Positions 36,809-47,511 of a DNA stretch of 64,000 nt are shown one piece after another (positions within the stretch are counted from its first letter, which is position 1; each line of letters opens with the position of its first letter). The DNA lies in contig JAZIGN010000001.1 of NCBI GenBank assembly GCA_036679065.1, positions 64,001-128,000 of the forward strand, in the 5' to 3' direction. The notes under the pieces were generated by a model that made no database searches, was not told the DNA's origin, and was given only the letters and a program-made list of their open reading frames with translations. The DNA is from Coprothermobacterota bacterium (lineage in GTDB: Bacteria > Coprothermobacterota > Coprothermobacteria > Coprothermobacterales > Coprothermobacteraceae). Both the position numbers and the translations under genes were made by a program.

Positions 36809-38116
36809 ATGGCAGACAAAGACTTTAAGCCCGTGGTGTTTGTGGACAAATTCACCGAAGGGGTGTTAGATCCCAATGAGGAAATGGAGTATTTTGTTCA
36901 AGATGGCGGTTACATTGTGGCAAACACGGCTCCTGGTTGTTGGGGTCCCATGTTAACACCCAAGCTAAAAGGCGGACACGAGGTTACCAAGCCCGTCTAT
37001 GTGGAAGGGGCTGAAGTGGGAGACAGCGTAGCAATTTACATAAAAGACCTTCAAGTAACTTCCATTGCCACCTCGTCAGGCAAGGATGTGGTCATTGAGG
37101 GCAGATATGAAGGGGATCCTTTTGTGGCTAAACGATGCCCCAGTTGCGGCACGGAAAGACCCGAGACCAGAATAGAAGGTACAGGCCCAGATGCCATACG
37201 CTGTGCTGTGTGCGGTGCTGATGTGGCAGCGTTCAAGTTTGAGAACGGTTACACCATTGTGTTTGATCACGAGAAAGGTATTGGAATAACCGTATCCGAG
37301 GAAATTGCACGTGCCATTGGAGAGAATCCTCGTTACTACATGCAAACGCCTGCAAATTCTGTGCAGAATCCTGTTGTTGTGCTGGCACCGCATGATTTGG
37401 TGGGCACTGTGGCAAGAATGCGCCCATTTTTGGGACAGCTGGGTTCCACACCTTCCATTCCTTTCCCTGATTCTCACAACGCAGGTGATTTTGGCCAACT
37501 GCTTATTGGAGCAACCCATGAGTACGGCATGACCAAAGAGCAGTTGGATGAGCACAGAACCGATGGGCACATGGATGTCAACATGACCCGCAAAGGAGCT
37601 GTGGTCATTGTACCGGTAAAAGTAAAGGGCGCAGGCATTTATTTAGGCGATATGCATGCCATGCAGGGTAACGGTGAAATAGCTGGCCATACCACTGACG
37701 TTGCAGGCATTGCCACTGTGCAGGTAAAGGTTCTTAAGGGCGTCACAGTGGAAGGCCCCATCATACTGCCCAACGAGGATGATCTACCACGCATGGCAAA
37801 ACCTTTCACCGATGAAGAAATGGATGCTGCATATGTTTTAGCAGAGCAGTGGGGACAAAACCAGATTGAAGAAAATTATCCGTTGTGCTTTGTGGGAACT
37901 GGTGCTACCCTAAACGAAGCCACCGATAATGGTTTGATGCGTGCTTCAAGGTTCTTGGGTATTCCCTATGCTGAGGTATTGAACCGAGCTACCATCACCG
38001 GAGCCATTGGCATAGGTCGTCTACCCGGCGTTGCCACGGTGACATTTTTAGTTCCCATGGAGCTGCTTGATAAAAAAGGCTTGCTTGATCTTGTACAGGA
38101 TAAATACGGAGGTTAA
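36809..38116 (+). CDS. Acetamidase/formamidase family protein
   Basis: GHEVT.PV.VEGAEVGD, DGHMD and GDMHAMQGNGEIAG motifs, plus a CPSC...CAVC insert. ATG at 36809 follows GAGGAG. Confidence 0.82.
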   Translation: MADKDFKPVVFVDKFTEGVLDPNEEMEYFVQDGGYIVANTAPGCWGPMLTPKLKGGHEVTKPVYVEGAEVGDSVAIYIKDLQVTSIATSSGKDVVIEGRYEGDPFVAKRCPSCGTERPETRIEGTGPDAIRCAVCGADVAAFKFENGYTIVFDHEKGIGITVSEEIARAIGENPRYYMQTPANSVQNPVVVLAPHDLVGTVARMRPFLGQLGSTPSIPFPDSHNAGDFGQLLIGATHEYGMTKEQLDEHRTDGHMDVNMTRKGAVVIVPVKVKGAGIYLGDMHAMQGNGEIAGHTTDVAGIATVQVKVLKGVTVEGPIILPNEDDLPRMAKPFTDEEMDAAYVLAEQWGQNQIEENYPLCFVGTGATLNEATDNGLMRASRFLGIPYAEVLNRATITGAIGIGRLPGVATVTFLVPMELLDKKGLLDLVQDKYGG

Positions 38117-38208
38117 TGCCATAGGTAATCCTCATTTGTGATGGTTTACACAGTACATGTAAGGTGGGCTGCGCGGGAGGGTTACCGCACATACACGTTT
38201 GTGAGAAG

Positions 38209-39054
38209 TTAACTACTCCGCGCAACCCATTTTATGAACTTTTCAAAGTAAATGCGCCAGTATTCCTCGCTGTGGGTAGCATCCTTATCCACTACAAAGG
38301 TGACGTTTTCACGTCCCAGCTTCTTTTGAAGAACTTCACACAGCTTCGTGTTCGTACTTAGAAATGCCAGTGCCTCCTCAGGGCGTTGCGGATCTGTTAT
38401 CTCGTTTCCGCCCACATACAGCCATACTTTTACTTTGCTTTGCAAATCAAGCCTACTGATGAATTCCACCATGCGGTCGTAGGTAAAAAGCAGGGCTGTT
38501 GAGAAAGCGCCAACTGTGGAAAACACGCTGTTGTATTTGAGCCCCATATACAGGGAAATAAGCCCGCCCAAAGAGCTTCCAGCTATCATGGTGTGCTCTG
38601 TGTCAGGTAACGTTCTGAATTCGCTGTCAATGACCGGCTTCAAAGTTTCTAAGATGAACTCTGAGTATTTGTCGCCTTCACCATCAACCAAGGTGTAATT
38701 CCAAGGATTCTCGGGTGTCTCGTAAATGCGGCACTGCCAAGGACAGTACTCATCAAGACGTCGCGTACCCACAGTGCTGCTGTCAATGCCCACCACAATA
38801 AATGCATACCTTTGGGGGTCCAGTTCAAAAAGCCTGTCCAGGGTCTGGTTTACTTCCCACGAGAACCCAGACAGCTTGCTTGGTTCAAATAAGTTTTGCC
38901 CATCATGCATGTACAAGACAGGGTAGTGCCTACCCAAGTTTACAAAGTAATCGGGTGGAAGGTAAATCCTAACGTTTCTGTCCCGGTTAAGCTGTGGCAT
39001 GTGCACGCGTATGGTCATCAGTCGCTCAGGCATCTTAAGCGCCTCCATTTCCAA
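38209..39054 (-). CDS. Alpha/beta hydrolase (putative esterase)
   Basis: YPVLYMHDGQN, GSSLGG nucleophile elbow and C-terminal HSE. Confidence 0.88.
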   Translation of the reverse strand: MEMEALKMPERLMTIRVHMPQLNRDRNVRIYLPPDYFVNLGRHYPVLYMHDGQNLFEPSKLSGFSWEVNQTLDRLFELDPQRYAFIVVGIDSSTVGTRRLDEYCPWQCRIYETPENPWNYTLVDGEGDKYSEFILETLKPVIDSEFRTLPDTEHTMIAGSSLGGLISLYMGLKYNSVFSTVGAFSTALLFTYDRMVEFISRLDLQSKVKVWLYVGGNEITDPQRPEEALAFLSTNTKLCEVLQKKLGRENVTFVVDKDATHSEEYWRIYFEKFIKWVARSS

Positions 39055-39229
39055 ACTAAAGAATACGAGTCTTTCAGCTTACTCTATTGAAAAGCATATT
39101 ATCATTTCATGTTCCTCTTTGCCAGAGCGCAAGTTTTCTGTGTAAGCTAAAATATGACTAAAATATGATAAAGAATCCCAAATATTGCATTGAGTGTTGT
39201 ATTCGGGTGCAAGCGGGAGGGATGGGTAT

Positions 39230-40144
39230 ATGCCGCTATATGAAATAAAAGATGGAAAACTAAAGCCCATTAAGGAAGAAGATTTCAAGTTGGAGAAAGA
39301 CTTGCAGAAACTATGTGATGATAATCTCGAGACATTGTTTAGTTTGAAGCTGGTAAAGAGTCAATTCGCTATCGAAAACTTTAGAATCGACTCATTAGCA
39401 TTTGACGAGGAAACTAAAGCGTTTGTTGTAATTGAGTATAAAAAAGGTGAGAACTTCAGCGTTATTGACCAAGGTTACACATATTTGTCTTTGGTGCTTA
39501 ATAACAAAGCAGAGTGTGTCTTAGCGTATCAGGAAGCTTTTGGTAAGTCCTTGAGAAAAACTGAAGTGGAGTGGTCGCAGACCAGGGTAATTTTTGTTTC
39601 CCCTTATTTTACTACTTACCAGATTAACTCGATTAACTTTAAGGATTTGCCTATTGAGTTGTGGAAGGTAAAAAGGTACTCGAACAACACAGTTTTGGTA
39701 GAACAGGTTGAACCAGCCCGTGCAAATGAGTCTATAAAAGTAATTGCTAAGGAAGGCAGCACGGCGAGGCCAACGGCGCCCGAGGAAGTAAGAACATATA
39801 CTGAAGAGGACCTCTTAGCTAGGGCTTCAGAATCGACGAAAGAGCTATACGAACGACTCAAAGAACGGATTTTGCAGCTGGGAGAAGTACAGGTTAAGGC
39901 TACAAGACACTACATAGCGTTTGTTGCTTCAGGCTACTTCGCAGATGTTTTAGTTCGTAGTAAAGGTTTAAAGGTCTACCTGAATATGAAAAAGGGTGAA
40001 CTCAATGACCCGAACCGCTTAACACGAGATAAATCTAAAGTCCGCCCGGGTAGCTGGGATTACGAGATTAGCGTTGATACTGATACGGATCTCGATTACG
40101 TGATGTACTTAATCAAGCAGTCTTACGAAAGGAATAGGGCTTAG
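39230..40144 (+). CDS. PD-(D/E)xK (NucS-like) nuclease domain fused to a DUF5655-like domain
   Basis: E..LQ, RIDSLAFD..VVIEYKK and IDQG.Y motifs; C-terminal YIAF...LIKQSYE. ATG at 39230 follows GGGAGG. Confidence 0.7.
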   Translation: MPLYEIKDGKLKPIKEEDFKLEKDLQKLCDDNLETLFSLKLVKSQFAIENFRIDSLAFDEETKAFVVIEYKKGENFSVIDQGYTYLSLVLNNKAECVLAYQEAFGKSLRKTEVEWSQTRVIFVSPYFTTYQINSINFKDLPIELWKVKRYSNNTVLVEQVEPARANESIKVIAKEGSTARPTAPEEVRTYTEEDLLARASESTKELYERLKERILQLGEVQVKATRHYIAFVASGYFADVLVRSKGLKVYLNMKKGELNDPNRLTRDKSKVRPGSWDYEISVDTDTDLDYVMYLIKQSYERNRA

Positions 40145-40227
40145 CCTTTTTGTGCCTCTTGCTGTACAATACTATTGTTTGCTAAAATAATTGTTTAGCA
40201 ACACATAAATGAAGGACAAAGAAAAAC

Positions 40228-40290
40228 AAACCCTGCTTTCCCAAATTCACAAGAGAAGGGGAAAGCTGCTATGACCGAAGGGAGGATTTT
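40228..40290 (+). ncRNA. S6:S18 ribosomal protein leader
   Basis: CCCT-GCTTTCCC...GGGAAAGC...GACCGA-AGGGAGG. The stem sequesters the SD, with a CCG bulge, upstream of rpsF. Confidence 0.7.
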
Positions 40291-40575
40291 ATGAACAGAA
40301 AGTACGAACTCATGGTTATTTACAGGGCCGAAGATGACAACGGCTACCAAGAAGGCAACGACTGGGTTACCGAAAAGGTACAGTCGTACCAAGGGCAAGT
40401 AACTAAGTTAGACCCTTGGGGTCTTAGACGACTTGCTTATCCCATTGAAAAGCGTACACAGGCTTATTACAGCGTGTTCCAGATTGAGTTGCCTGTGGAA
40501 AACCTGGATGAATTTTCTCAGGACTTAAAGGTGGATGAGAGAATTCTCCGGTTCATGATTACAAGAGGCGAGTGA
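40291..40575 (+). CDS. rpsF: 30S ribosomal protein S6
   Basis: YELMVI, WGLRRLAYPI and ILRFMI motifs. Confidence 0.96.
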   Translation: MNRKYELMVIYRAEDDNGYQEGNDWVTEKVQSYQGQVTKLDPWGLRRLAYPIEKRTQAYYSVFQIELPVENLDEFSQDLKVDERILRFMITRGE

Positions 40576-40578
40576 GAA

Positions 40579-41067
40579 GTGCTGAATAAAGTGCTGCTGA
40601 TCGGGCGGTTAACAGCCGATCCTGTGATTAAAGCTTTGCCCAGTGGGAAGAGAGTGGCTAATTTTACATTAGCCATTGACAACCCGGGTAAGGATCAATC
40701 GGGAGCTCCGCTCCCAGCTGATTTTATCGATTGTGTGGCCTACAGCGACAATTTGGTGCGCTTGCTGGACCTTTATGTGAGAAAGGGTCGCTTAATTTTT
40801 GCTGAAGGCCGGTTGCGCATTAGAAGTTACACCGATCGTAACGGTATAAGAAGAAGGACTTCAGAAGTTGTCCTTTCCACGATTCAGTTTTTGGATTCCA
40901 AGAAAGACGCTCAGCAAAGTTCCACTGGCGTGAGCACGGGAAGCAGTGTGAAGGGCACTGAAGATGTGGACGCCATGGACATTTTGAATGAAGTGGAATC
41001 CAAGCTGCAGGAACAGGATTCTGACGATCTGGTGGACTTGGATGAAAACTTTGACGTGCCATTTTAG
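40579..41067 (+). CDS. ssb: Single-stranded DNA-binding protein
   Basis: NKVLLIGRLTADP, EGRL and acidic DVPF tail. Confidence 0.96.
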   Translation: MLNKVLLIGRLTADPVIKALPSGKRVANFTLAIDNPGKDQSGAPLPADFIDCVAYSDNLVRLLDLYVRKGRLIFAEGRLRIRSYTDRNGIRRRTSEVVLSTIQFLDSKKDAQQSSTGVSTGSSVKGTEDVDAMDILNEVESKLQEQDSDDLVDLDENFDVPF

Positions 41068-41158
41068 TTTGGACAACTTCGGTGCGCTGAGCAGTTCTGA
41101 ATTGCTCGTGCAACGCACAATTGCACAATTAAGAAGATTATTCGGAGGTGAATAGGTA

Positions 41159-41383
41159 ATGCCAGTACAGAGAAAAAGAAGAATAAAACTGTGCCCACTT
41201 TGCGCAGATGGCGTAAGGGAAGTTGATTATAAGGACGTAAACCGCCTGAGAAGGTTTACTTCTGACAGAGGCAAAATTCTGCCTCGCAGAGTAACTGGGG
41301 TTTGCGCTTTTCATCAGAGGTCACTTTCTAGAGCCATTAAAAGGGCACGGGAAATGGCTCTGCTGCCTTACGTGATGCAGTAA
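41159..41383 (+). CDS. rpsR: 30S ribosomal protein S18
   Basis: [15 protein letters not shown] and AIKRAR.MALLPY motifs. Confidence 0.97.
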   Translation: MPVQRKRRIKLCPLCADGVREVDYKDVNRLRRFTSDRGKILPRRVTGVCAFHQRSLSRAIKRAREMALLPYVMQ

Positions 41384-41503
41384 ATGATACCCATCAGATT
41401 AAAGTGTTTTGAAGACGAAGACGAGAGCTCAGGAGTAAGGGTAGGGCTACGTAGGTGGATAATGCTCGCAGCATGCACATACATGATTGAGTAAAGGTAC
41501 TGT

Positions 41504-42505
41504 GTGATGAGACAAGATTCTACAAAGGCTATTGTGGAGAGCGGGCTTATGTCCGCTCTTGCTGTTATATTGGTGCTCATGGGATGGTACCTTCCTGTGG
41601 TGGGTGCCCTCATAAGTTTGATTGCGCCACTGCCATTTTTGGTTGTGTCTGCTAAACATGGGCTGCGCTACGGTGCTATCACGGTTGCAGTGTCAGCACT
41701 TATAAGTTACTTTCTTACGGGAGATCCGCTAATCATTGTTAGTGTGGTGCTCTCTTTGGGAAGCATTGGCTTGGCTCTGGGCTGGGCAGTCTCTCATGGT
41801 TACAGTGCTGAGCGCACCCTGCTTTTAGGGGCGGCGGTCTTTGTAATTGTGACAACGCTAATACTTTATGGATCTCAGCTCATTCTCCGCCAAAACATTT
41901 TGAAGGAAATGGCTGATGTGATGAGGCAATCTGCGACCATGCTTGAGAGCCGGTTTGCGGGTACTGGCACAGCAACTGGAGGCATGACTGCTACTGCTGC
42001 CACAACGGCCACTGGGGCTACTAGCACAGCTACTTCTTCTTTAAAGGGCATCGCCGAAAGCTACAAGCAGTATGCAGATACGCTGGAGAGTGGTTTAATG
42101 ACGCCAGCGTTGATTCTTTTAGGAAGCGTGCTCTTGGCTTTTTACAACTACATCATACTGAAGCCCTTTGCTCAAAGGCTGGGTGTGGCTTTGCCAAATT
42201 TACCAACCATGCAGGAGATAAGGTTGCCTGCGCTGGGGGTTTGGTTTATTCCTGCAGCGCTTCTGCTTATGGTGATTAAGTCTTCCTACACTGCGTTTTT
42301 GGGATTCAACCTTTATGTGATTGGATTGTATTATTTGATTTTCTGCGGAATGTTCTACTTGTGCAGGATTCTTTTAGGTGAGAAAGACAATAAATTTGTC
42401 AAAGCATTGCTCATAATTGGGCTTGTCTTTCCTTACTTCCCGCAGGTGTATTTCCTGTTTGGCATTTACGACTGCATAATGAGGTTATTACGAAGGGAGG
42501 GGTGA
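41504..42505 (+). CDS. YybS/DUF2232 membrane protein
   Basis: Multi-TM protein with ESGLMSAL, PLPF and KHG motifs, in the conserved rpsR-yybS-rplI position. Confidence 0.8.
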   Translation: MMRQDSTKAIVESGLMSALAVILVLMGWYLPVVGALISLIAPLPFLVVSAKHGLRYGAITVAVSALISYFLTGDPLIIVSVVLSLGSIGLALGWAVSHGYSAERTLLLGAAVFVIVTTLILYGSQLILRQNILKEMADVMRQSATMLESRFAGTGTATGGMTATAATTATGATSTATSSLKGIAESYKQYADTLESGLMTPALILLGSVLLAFYNYIILKPFAQRLGVALPNLPTMQEIRLPALGVWFIPAALLLMVIKSSYTAFLGFNLYVIGLYYLIFCGMFYLCRILLGEKDNKFVKALLIIGLVFPYFPQVYFLFGIYDCIMRLLRREG

Positions 42506-42511
42506 ATACCG

Positions 42512-42958
42512 GTGAAAGTGTATTTACTTCAAGATTTACCAGGTACGGGGAAAAAAGGACAAATTGTTGATGTTGCTGAGGGCTATGCTCGTAACTACCT
42601 GTTCAAGAACAACTTAGCGATCTTGGCTGACGAAAAACTCATTGAACAGGTGAAAAAGCGCGAAGAGCGTGAGCAAAGAAAAGAGGAAGAACGCTATCAG
42701 AAAGCTTTGGATTTAAAGAAGGAACTAGAAGGGAAAGCAGTAGTAGTAAAAGCACCAGGTGGCGAAACAGGAAAGCTGTACGGGGCTGTTACTACAAGAC
42801 AAATAGCTTATGCACTAAAAGAGCAGTTAAAGCTGGAAGTGGACAGCAAAGACATAAACATGCCGGATCCCATAAAGAGCGTGGGGGTGTATGAGGTTGA
42901 CATACACCTTTTTAAGGATGTATGGGCAACTGTGAAGGTGAAAGTGGAGAAAGAATGA
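42512..42958 (+). CDS. rplI: 50S ribosomal protein L9
   Basis: [18 protein letters not shown] and GKLYGAVT motifs. Confidence 0.97.
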   Translation: MKVYLLQDLPGTGKKGQIVDVAEGYARNYLFKNNLAILADEKLIEQVKKREEREQRKEEERYQKALDLKKELEGKAVVVKAPGGETGKLYGAVTTRQIAYALKEQLKLEVDSKDINMPDPIKSVGVYEVDIHLFKDVWATVKVKVEKE

Positions 42959-42976
42959 GAAAGAGAATGAGAGAAA

Positions 42977-44347
42977 ATGATTAACGAATCTTCATTTGGG
43001 ATGCCTTATTCTCACGAGGCAGAAGTTTCGGTACTCGGTTCCTGCCTCATTAATAAGGATGCTCTTGCAGAAGTAGCAGGCACACTTTTGCCTGAAGATT
43101 TTTACGAAGAGCGTCACAAGATCTTATTTCAGGTCATGACCCAAATGTATGAAGAGGGCATTCCTGTGGATTTGGTCACCTTCGTGGAAAGGCTTAAACG
43201 GGATAACCTGCTGGATGTGGTAGGTGGGCAGGAGTACGTAGCGCAGGTGGCTTCGTCAGTTTATACCGCTGCAAACGTGGGTACTTATGCAAAACTGGTA
43301 AAGGAACGATCTCTGCAACGTTCGTTAATCAGAGTTGGCACGGAAATTGCCCGCTTGGGTTACACTGGCAAGAATATCGAAGAGGATTTAGATAAGGCAC
43401 AGCAATTGGTGTTTAGCCTTTCCATGTGGAAATACATGAAGTCGGCAACGCCAGTGAGCGAGCTGGTCAAGAGGTACTACTCACTCATTGAAGAAAGATA
43501 TGCTCAGAGAAGCCGCGTAACAGGTTACCCCACCGGTTTGCAGAAGTTGGACGAGCTATTGACGGGATTTCAAAAGTCGGATCTGCTTATTTTGGCTGCA
43601 CGTCCCGGCATGGGTAAAACGGCCTTTGCTCTGAACGTGGCGACCTACATGTCCATGGAAGAAGAAATACCAGTGCTGTTCTTCTCTTTGGAAATGTCTG
43701 CAACGCAGCTCGTGCAGCGTCTATTGTCTGCTGTATCCAATGTACCTTCCCAAAAACTGAAAACAGGTTACTTGGCCACAGAAGACTTCGATGCACTGCG
43801 TATTGCCATGTCACGTCTGGAAGATGCCCCTCTGTGGATAGATGAGTCTCCCGGATTATCGGTTTTGGAAATAAGATCCAGAGCCAGAAGAGCAGTGGCA
43901 GAACTGGGCATTAAGATGATCATTATTGACTACTTGCAGCTTATAAGGTTGGGTCAGAACGTGGATAACCGAGTTCAAGAAGTTTCTGAGATTACCCGTT
44001 CTTTAAAGAATCTTGCGCGGGAACTGGACATACCGCTTTTGGTGCTGTCGCAGCTGAGCCGAGCGGTGGAACAAAGGGCGGACAAACGTCCACAGCTGAG
44101 TGACTTAAGGGAAAGCGGTAGTATTGAGCAGGATGCCGATGTGGTAATGTTTCTTTACAGCGAGGATTATTACAAGCAGCAAAAGGGACTTCGCCCAGAA
44201 AACTCCACAGTGGAACTGGTGGTTGCTAAACACAGGAATGGTCCCACGGGCGAAGTAAAATTAATGTTTAGAAAGGATATTGGCAGATTCTATTCGCTTG
44301 AGGAGAATGTTTGGGGTGATGAAGGTGCGGCAGTCAGCGAAGAATAA
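42977..44347 (+). CDS. dnaB: Replicative DNA helicase
   Basis: [39 protein letters not shown] and KHRNGP motifs. Confidence 0.97.
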   Translation: MINESSFGMPYSHEAEVSVLGSCLINKDALAEVAGTLLPEDFYEERHKILFQVMTQMYEEGIPVDLVTFVERLKRDNLLDVVGGQEYVAQVASSVYTAANVGTYAKLVKERSLQRSLIRVGTEIARLGYTGKNIEEDLDKAQQLVFSLSMWKYMKSATPVSELVKRYYSLIEERYAQRSRVTGYPTGLQKLDELLTGFQKSDLLILAARPGMGKTAFALNVATYMSMEEEIPVLFFSLEMSATQLVQRLLSAVSNVPSQKLKTGYLATEDFDALRIAMSRLEDAPLWIDESPGLSVLEIRSRARRAVAELGIKMIIIDYLQLIRLGQNVDNRVQEVSEITRSLKNLARELDIPLLVLSQLSRAVEQRADKRPQLSDLRESGSIEQDADVVMFLYSEDYYKQQKGLRPENSTVELVVAKHRNGPTGEVKLMFRKDIGRFYSLEENVWGDEGAAVSEE

Positions 44348-46835
44348 CGAAAGCAACGGCAGTACAGAATACGATTTCAAAAAGGCCGAGGAGCGTTGGT
44401 CAAAGTACTGGCAAGAACGTGGCCTTTTTAAAGCTAATGGGACTCTTGGTACGAAGCCCAAACAGTACGTGCTGGAAATGTTCCCGTACCCCTCAGGCAA
44501 GCTTCACATGGGACATGTCAGGAACTACTCCTTGGGGGATGTGGTAGCACGTTACAACAGAATGAGAGGTTTTGATGTGCTTCATCCCATGGGATGGGAC
44601 GCTTTTGGGCTGCCTGCAGAGAACGCAGCCATTGAGAGGGGTATTCACCCGGAAAACTGGACTTTGTCCAACATCGGTTACATGAGAGAGCAGATGAAAA
44701 AGCTAGGTTTTAGCTATGATTGGGACAGAGAAGTCGCCACTTGTTTGCCTGATTACTACAAATGGACTCAGTGGTTGTTCCTGAAGCTTTATGAAAATGG
44801 CTTGGCATACAAGAAGCGTGCAAAGGTGAACTGGTGTCCTCACTGCAAGACGGTACTTGCTAACGAGCAGGTTATTGATGGCAAATGCTGGCGTTGTCAC
44901 AGTCCAATTGAGAAAAGGGAAATTGAACAGTGGTTTTTCAAAATAACGGCATATGCTGAAGACTTGCTCAATGATTTGGATAACTTGGATTGGCCTGAGC
45001 ACGTAAAAGCACAGCAGCGTAACTGGATTGGTCGCTCTGAGGGTGCTTTGGTAAAGTTTGCCATTGAAGGAACTGATAAAGTCATTGAAATATTCACTAC
45101 CAGATTGGACACCATTTACGGTGCCACCTTCATGGTCTTAGCTCCTGAGCATCCACTGGCAATGGAGTTGGTACAAGGTACTGCGCTAAAAGAGCTTTAC
45201 GACGAATACTTAAAAAGGATCTCCTTGAAATCAGAAATTGACCGCCTCAGCACGGAAAAAGAAAAAGAAGGTTTCTTCCTTGGCAAGTACGCTGTAAACC
45301 CCTTTAACGGTGAAAGAATACCAATTTATGCTGGTGATTACGTGCTTACGGAATACGGCACAGGCGCTATCATGGCAGTGCCAGCTCATGATGAACGCGA
45401 CTACGCTTTTGCAGTTAAATACAACATTCCCATAAGACCAGTGGTGGTTCCCAAAGACGGTGAAGAGATAAAGAATGGCGAGGTCTTCACCGAATATGGT
45501 GTGCTGGTAAATAGCGGGCCTTACACAGGAAAAACCTCTGAGGAAGCTCAGAAGCTCATGGCTGAGTACTTAGAAGAGCACAACTTGGGGCAAAAATCTG
45601 TAACTTACAGGCTTAGAGATTGGCTGGTGAGCCGCCAGAGGTACTGGGGTGCTCCAATTCCCGTAGTTTATTGTGAACACTGCGGAACAGTACCCGTCCC
45701 TGAGGATCAGCTTCCAGTGATTCTACCCAGAGAAGTTGATTACCTGCCTGGCGATTTGGTTTCTCCCTTGGCTACTGATGAAGAGTTTGTGCACACTACT
45801 TGTCCAAAGTGTGGTGGTCCGGCTCGACGGGAAACTGATACCATGGACACGTTTGTGGATAGCTCGTGGTATTACCTAAGGTACATAGATCCCCATAACG
45901 AACAAGCGCCATTTGATAAGGAACTGGCAGAGTATTGGATGCCTGTGGACATATACATTGGCGGTGTGGAGCATGCCGTACTGCACTTGCTTTACAGTCG
46001 TTTTATTACCAAAGCGCTAAAAGACATGGGATACGTTACGGTTAGCGAGCCCTTTAGCAAACTCTTTACTCAGGGTATGGTAACTTTGGGTGGTTCAGCC
46101 ATGTCGAAGTCAAAAGGCAACATTGTTGATCCAGACGATATCCTAAGGGACTATGGTGCTGATGCAGCAAGGATGTACACACTGTTTGTGGCGCCACCTG
46201 AAAAGGATTTTGAGTGGAGCCAGCAAGGGCTGGAAGGTATTGTAAGGTTCATAAGACGCATTTGGAACTTCTACTGCAAGTATGCTGATGAGGTAAAAGA
46301 AGCTGTGGCAGCTCCTATGGGTAAGCTTTTCGAGGGAATGAGTGAGTACGATGAGAAAGCGCTCAGGGCAGTGAACCGTTTGGTCTACAGAGTCACTGAG
46401 GATATTGAGGATAACTACCGATTTAACACTGCCATTGCCGCCATGATGGAGTTCCTCAATGAAGTAACGGATTACGACGAAAAGGTTAGTGGCGCGGTTA
46501 TGAAGACGCTGCTTGAAACCTTTGCGAAGGTACTAGCGCCCTTTGTGCCGTTCTTGGCAGAAGAACTTTGGGCAATGCTGGGTAACGCGCCTTCGGTTCA
46601 CGAACAATCTTGGCCCCAGTGGGACGAAAGTATGCTTCAGGAAAACACTGTGGAAGTTGCAGTGCAAATAAACGGGAAATTTAGGGGCACAGTGGTTGTT
46701 CGCAACGGAGCCAGCGAAGAGGAAGTAAGAGAAGCAGTTATGAGTAGTGGCAATTTTTCTAAGTACTTGTCCAAGGAAGGCGGTTACAAGAAGTGTTTCT
46801 ACGTTCCGAACAAAATAATAAATTTCATAGTTTAG
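44316..46835 (+). CDS. leuS: Leucine--tRNA ligase
   Basis: [32 protein letters not shown] and AMSKS motifs. Start is approximate. Confidence 0.96.
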   Translation: MMKVRQSAKNNESNGSTEYDFKKAEERWSKYWQERGLFKANGTLGTKPKQYVLEMFPYPSGKLHMGHVRNYSLGDVVARYNRMRGFDVLHPMGWDAFGLPAENAAIERGIHPENWTLSNIGYMREQMKKLGFSYDWDREVATCLPDYYKWTQWLFLKLYENGLAYKKRAKVNWCPHCKTVLANEQVIDGKCWRCHSPIEKREIEQWFFKITAYAEDLLNDLDNLDWPEHVKAQQRNWIGRSEGALVKFAIEGTDKVIEIFTTRLDTIYGATFMVLAPEHPLAMELVQGTALKELYDEYLKRISLKSEIDRLSTEKEKEGFFLGKYAVNPFNGERIPIYAGDYVLTEYGTGAIMAVPAHDERDYAFAVKYNIPIRPVVVPKDGEEIKNGEVFTEYGVLVNSGPYTGKTSEEAQKLMAEYLEEHNLGQKSVTYRLRDWLVSRQRYWGAPIPVVYCEHCGTVPVPEDQLPVILPREVDYLPGDLVSPLATDEEFVHTTCPKCGGPARRETDTMDTFVDSSWYYLRYIDPHNEQAPFDKELAEYWMPVDIYIGGVEHAVLHLLYSRFITKALKDMGYVTVSEPFSKLFTQGMVTLGGSAMSKSKGNIVDPDDILRDYGADAARMYTLFVAPPEKDFEWSQQGLEGIVRFIRRIWNFYCKYADEVKEAVAAPMGKLFEGMSEYDEKALRAVNRLVYRVTEDIEDNYRFNTAIAAMMEFLNEVTDYDEKVSGAVMKTLLETFAKVLAPFVPFLAEELWAMLGNAPSVHEQSWPQWDESMLQENTVEVAVQINGKFRGTVVVRNGASEEEVREAVMSSGNFSKYLSKEGGYKKCFYVPNKIINFIV

Positions 46836-47506
46836 CAGGTGGGTGGAAGAAGGCTGCCACATGGTTGGCAGCCTTCTTTTTAGTTGGGGCAATTTGCTTC
46901 GAAATGGGATACCGCTTTGGTGTTTCTAGTTTGCTTAGTTCAAAAGATGCTCAGGCAAGTGTTTCTCCATCTGTGGAGACCTCTTCAGCAGCTGCTAATA
47001 GCACTTCTACCGCACTGGAGCCTGAGCTGGTCAGTGTTTACATTACTGGTGCTGTGGACCGACCAGGGGTTTACAGTGCTAAGTCAACCCAGCGTATAGG
47101 TGACGTTATAAACATGGCGGGTGTAAAAGCTGATGCAGACCTTACCAGGCTGAATTTAGCTAGTCATGTTGCTGATGAGATGATGGTTTACGTGCCTACT
47201 AAGGCGGAGCAGCAGAATGTAGATGGGAGTCAAGGGATACCTTCAAGCACGGCACAAAATTCTGGGGGAGTAGTCATCGGCAGCAGCGAATCTGCGGGGA
47301 GTTCTAAAAGTTCCCTGATTAACATAAACACGGCTGACGAGAAACAATTGGATGCACTTCCTGGCATTGGGCCTACGTTGGCGGCTCGCATTGTTGAATA
47401 CAGGCAAGCCAATGGCCCATTTAAGAGTATTGAAGAAGTGAAAAACGTTTCTGGAATCGGCGAAAAACGATTTGCTGACATAAAGGACTTCATTACGGTT
47501 CGTTAA
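46793..47506 (+). CDS. comEA: Competence protein ComEA
   Basis: TM segment, SLBB domain (VYITGAV.RPGVY) and HhH domain (ININTA..LPGIGP..IGEK). Start is uncertain. Confidence 0.9.
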   Translation: MFLRSEQNNKFHSLAGGWKKAATWLAAFFLVGAICFEMGYRFGVSSLLSSKDAQASVSPSVETSSAAANSTSTALEPELVSVYITGAVDRPGVYSAKSTQRIGDVINMAGVKADADLTRLNLASHVADEMMVYVPTKAEQQNVDGSQGIPSSTAQNSGGVVIGSSESAGSSKSSLININTADEKQLDALPGIGPTLAARIVEYRQANGPFKSIEEVKNVSGIGEKRFADIKDFITVR

Positions 47507-47511
47507 TAAAG

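Noticed and set aside
25820..40200. Island as a prophage, ICE or transposon
   Set aside because: No integrase, transposase, tRNA target or flanking direct repeats were seen, so mobility is unsupported.
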